In this document: positions 61,625 through 64,000 of the stretch, piece after piece
Layout: the number at the start of each line of letters is the position of its first letter
How positions within the stretch are numbered: the stretch's first letter is position 1
Assembly: GCF_963921235.1 (NCBI RefSeq)
Contig: NC_086097.1
Location: forward strand, 176,144,001 to 176,208,000
Reading direction: 5' to 3'
Source: Mobula hypostoma
Taxonomy: Eukaryota
Length of the DNA stretch: 64,000 nt
Position numbers and translations under genes: made by a program
Notes under the pieces: generated by a model
Seen by the model: only the letters and a program-made list of their open reading frames with translations
What the model was told of the DNA's origin: nothing
The model's database searches: none

Positions 61625-63330
61625 GTCTTCTGCATCTTATGCCCATCCATTTATTTCCATATTGTTGGTCTATTCTCCAGGTCATTAATGTAAATAGTAA
61701 GCAATGAAGGTCCAAGAACCTATCTCTGTGGAATTTCACTAGTGACTTCTCTCCAGCATGAGAAGGAGCTATTTATTCCATCTCTCTTGTTTTCCATGTG
61801 ACAGTCAGTTTTCAGTCCATGCCAACACACTTCTTCAAGTATCCTGAGCTCTTCATTGATGCACTAGCCTCTTTTGCAGCACCTTGTCAAATGCTTTTTG
61901 GAAATCTAAATATATGACGTCTACAGCTTCCCTGCTATTACTTGTTCCGTCACACTTTCAGAACTCCTGAGCAAGTTTGTCATTTGCCTATCATAAAACC
62001 ATATTCACAAGGTTTAATTATGTTCAATGTTATTATGTAATTAGCCATTTCCTCTTTGACGGTTGATTCTAGCACTTTGCCAAAATAGAGTTTGAACTAT
62101 TTTACCTCTTACAAGTGAGCTACATAGGCTGCTTTCCAATCTCTGGTATCACTCCTGACATAACGAGCTCTGAAAACTTTTGGCCAATGGCTCCACTGTC
62201 TGTGCAGCCACTTCCTTCAATGGGCACAAACCATCAAGTGTCACCCATTTGTCAACCCTCTTGAATATTTTATTCCTTGTAAGTGGGATTATTACCAACT
62301 CCTCCCTGTCACTTGAAGTTAGCCTGCCTATTACCTTGGGCAGTTCCCCATGGTGAAGACTAATGAAAAATAAAGATTCAACACCTCTTTCATTTCATTA
62401 ATTCCTGTTATTAATTTACCCGGTGCATTCTTTAGCAAACCCACACCAACCACAGCTACCTGCAAAAAAAAACCTTCTGGAAGATCTCAGTTGATCAAAC
62501 ATCATTCTATGTCTACAGCCTTGGCCATCTTCATCCTATTTATGCATTCACAGAAATTCTTAGTATTTGTTTTGCTCTTGTACGCATTTTTCCCTCAAAA
62601 TCATTTTTCTCCCTTCTTGTGAGCTTTTTAGCCTTTTGCTGCTGAATCTTATCACTTTGCACCTTAACTTTAGCCCTCACGTCCTTGTTAATGCAGATCA
62701 TGCTTCTTTTGTGAGGAATCTCTTTTTCCTATTGGGATCAATTCCTGCTGAGTTTGCCAGACCAGCTGTTTGAATATCTACCATCCTTCATCCACTGACC
62801 TACATATATCTCTTAGCTTATTTTCCCAATCCACCTTGATACCTTTAAGAAATCCCTGAGGATGGATGAGATCTATCTATCTATATGATCCACATCCCTC
62901 CATTCCGCCCCCCCACATATTCATGTGTCAGTCTAAGAATCTCTTAAATTCCACTATTGTATTTGCTTTCAACATCACACCAGGCAGTACAACTGAGGCA
63001 GCCATTAAACGTTGTAGAAAAACATTGCCCCTCCCATCTTCTTTAACTTTTCCCTTCTCAACTTAAATGCACGCTCTCTTGAACTTAGTATTTCTACCCT
63101 GAGTGAAAGAATCTGACCATCTACCTTATATATGCCTCTCACAATTTTATAAAGTTCTATTGGGCTCCCCTCAGCTTCTGATGATCTAGAAAAAACAATC
63201 CAGCTCTTTCCAGCCTCTCCTTATAGCACATACTCTCTAATGTAGGCAGCATCATGACAGACCCTCTCCAAAGCCTTCACATTCTTCCTCTAATGAGGCA
63301 ATTGAACTGAACACAATACTCGAAATGAGG
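61625..63330 (-). mobile_element. Highly decayed CR1 fragments
   Basis: The minus strand shows YLDFQKAFDKV (~61880-61915) and a 3'-region remnant (~62880-63330). Confidence 0.6.
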
Positions 63331-63534
63331 CCAAACCAAAATTTCATACAGAAGACCAATAAAGGCAGAGCAGTAGATTTACATATGGACTTTAGGAAGT
63401 CATTTAACACTGTAATGTGTTTTTCTGATGAGAAGCATATGACCACTGGTTAGCCTCTGGAACTGGTGCTAGAATATACAGTACACCTGTATCTGAAAGG
63501 TCCAACGGCTGGTGAGTCAGTATCTGGCAAAAAC

Positions 63535-64000
63535 CACACCACGAAGACAAAAGAACACTCCAAGCAACTCCGTGAAGAGGTTATTGCAAAGCACAAGTTA
63601 GGAGATGGATACAAGAAAATATGCAAGCCAGTGGATTACAGTTAAGTCACTCATCAAGAAATGGAAAGAACATGGCACAGCTGTAAATCAGACTAGAGCA
63701 GGCCGTCTTCAAAACTTGAGTGACCGTGCAAGAAGGAGACTAGTGAGGGAGGCCACCAAGAGACCTATGACAACACTGGAGGGGTTACAAGCTTCAGTGG
63801 CTGAGATGGGAGAGACTGTGCATACAACAACTGTTGCCCAGGTGCTTCACCAGGCAGCTTTATGGGAGAGTGGCAATGAGAGATTCACTGCTGAAAAAAA
63901 TTCACATGAAATCTTGGCTAGAGTTTGCCTGAAGGCATGTGGGAGACACTGAAGTCAGCTGGAAGAAGGTTCCATGATCTGATGAAACCAAAATTGAGCG
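63535..64000 (+). mobile_element. Tc1/mariner transposase fragment (N-terminal HTH to first catalytic D), running off the window
   Basis: KTKEHSKQLRE...GDGYKKI, VKSLIKKWKEHGT...RRLVREATKRPMTTLEGLQ and WKKV.*SDETKIE. Confidence 0.88.

Overview
Eukaryotic, repeat-dominated DNA. The mix of CR1, Rex1/Babar-like, L2 and L1 LINEs, Penelope-like elements (PLEs), V-SINEs and Gypsy elements suggests a vertebrate, probably a cartilaginous fish (inference only). No intact host gene, rRNA, tRNA or CRISPR array is evident. Nearly all long ORFs are retrotransposon pieces. The central structure is a ~20-kb, four-level nested stack (7.6-27.6 kb). An old Rex1-like LINE contains a younger Rex1-like LINE. That in turn contains an RTE-type SINE carrying a CR1, and a 12.7-kb Gypsy element (A) with a PNMA-like gag and no RT. 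Gypsy A carries a PLE in its 5' LTR, an L2 in its integrase, and a young Gmr1-type, SCAN-gag element (B) in its 3' LTR. PLE copies carry minimal hammerhead ribozyme motifs, one fully intact at 56954-56989. A 29-bp minisatellite (34.1-35.9 kb) appears to derive from a LINE 3' end whose unexpanded copy lies nearby in inverted orientation. A 7.8-kb L1 (52.3-60.0 kb) carries CR1 and PLE insertions. hAT and Tc1 fossils lie at the right end. A few short unique islands with minus-strand splice sites may be exons of an unidentified host gene. All alignments and counts were done by eye.
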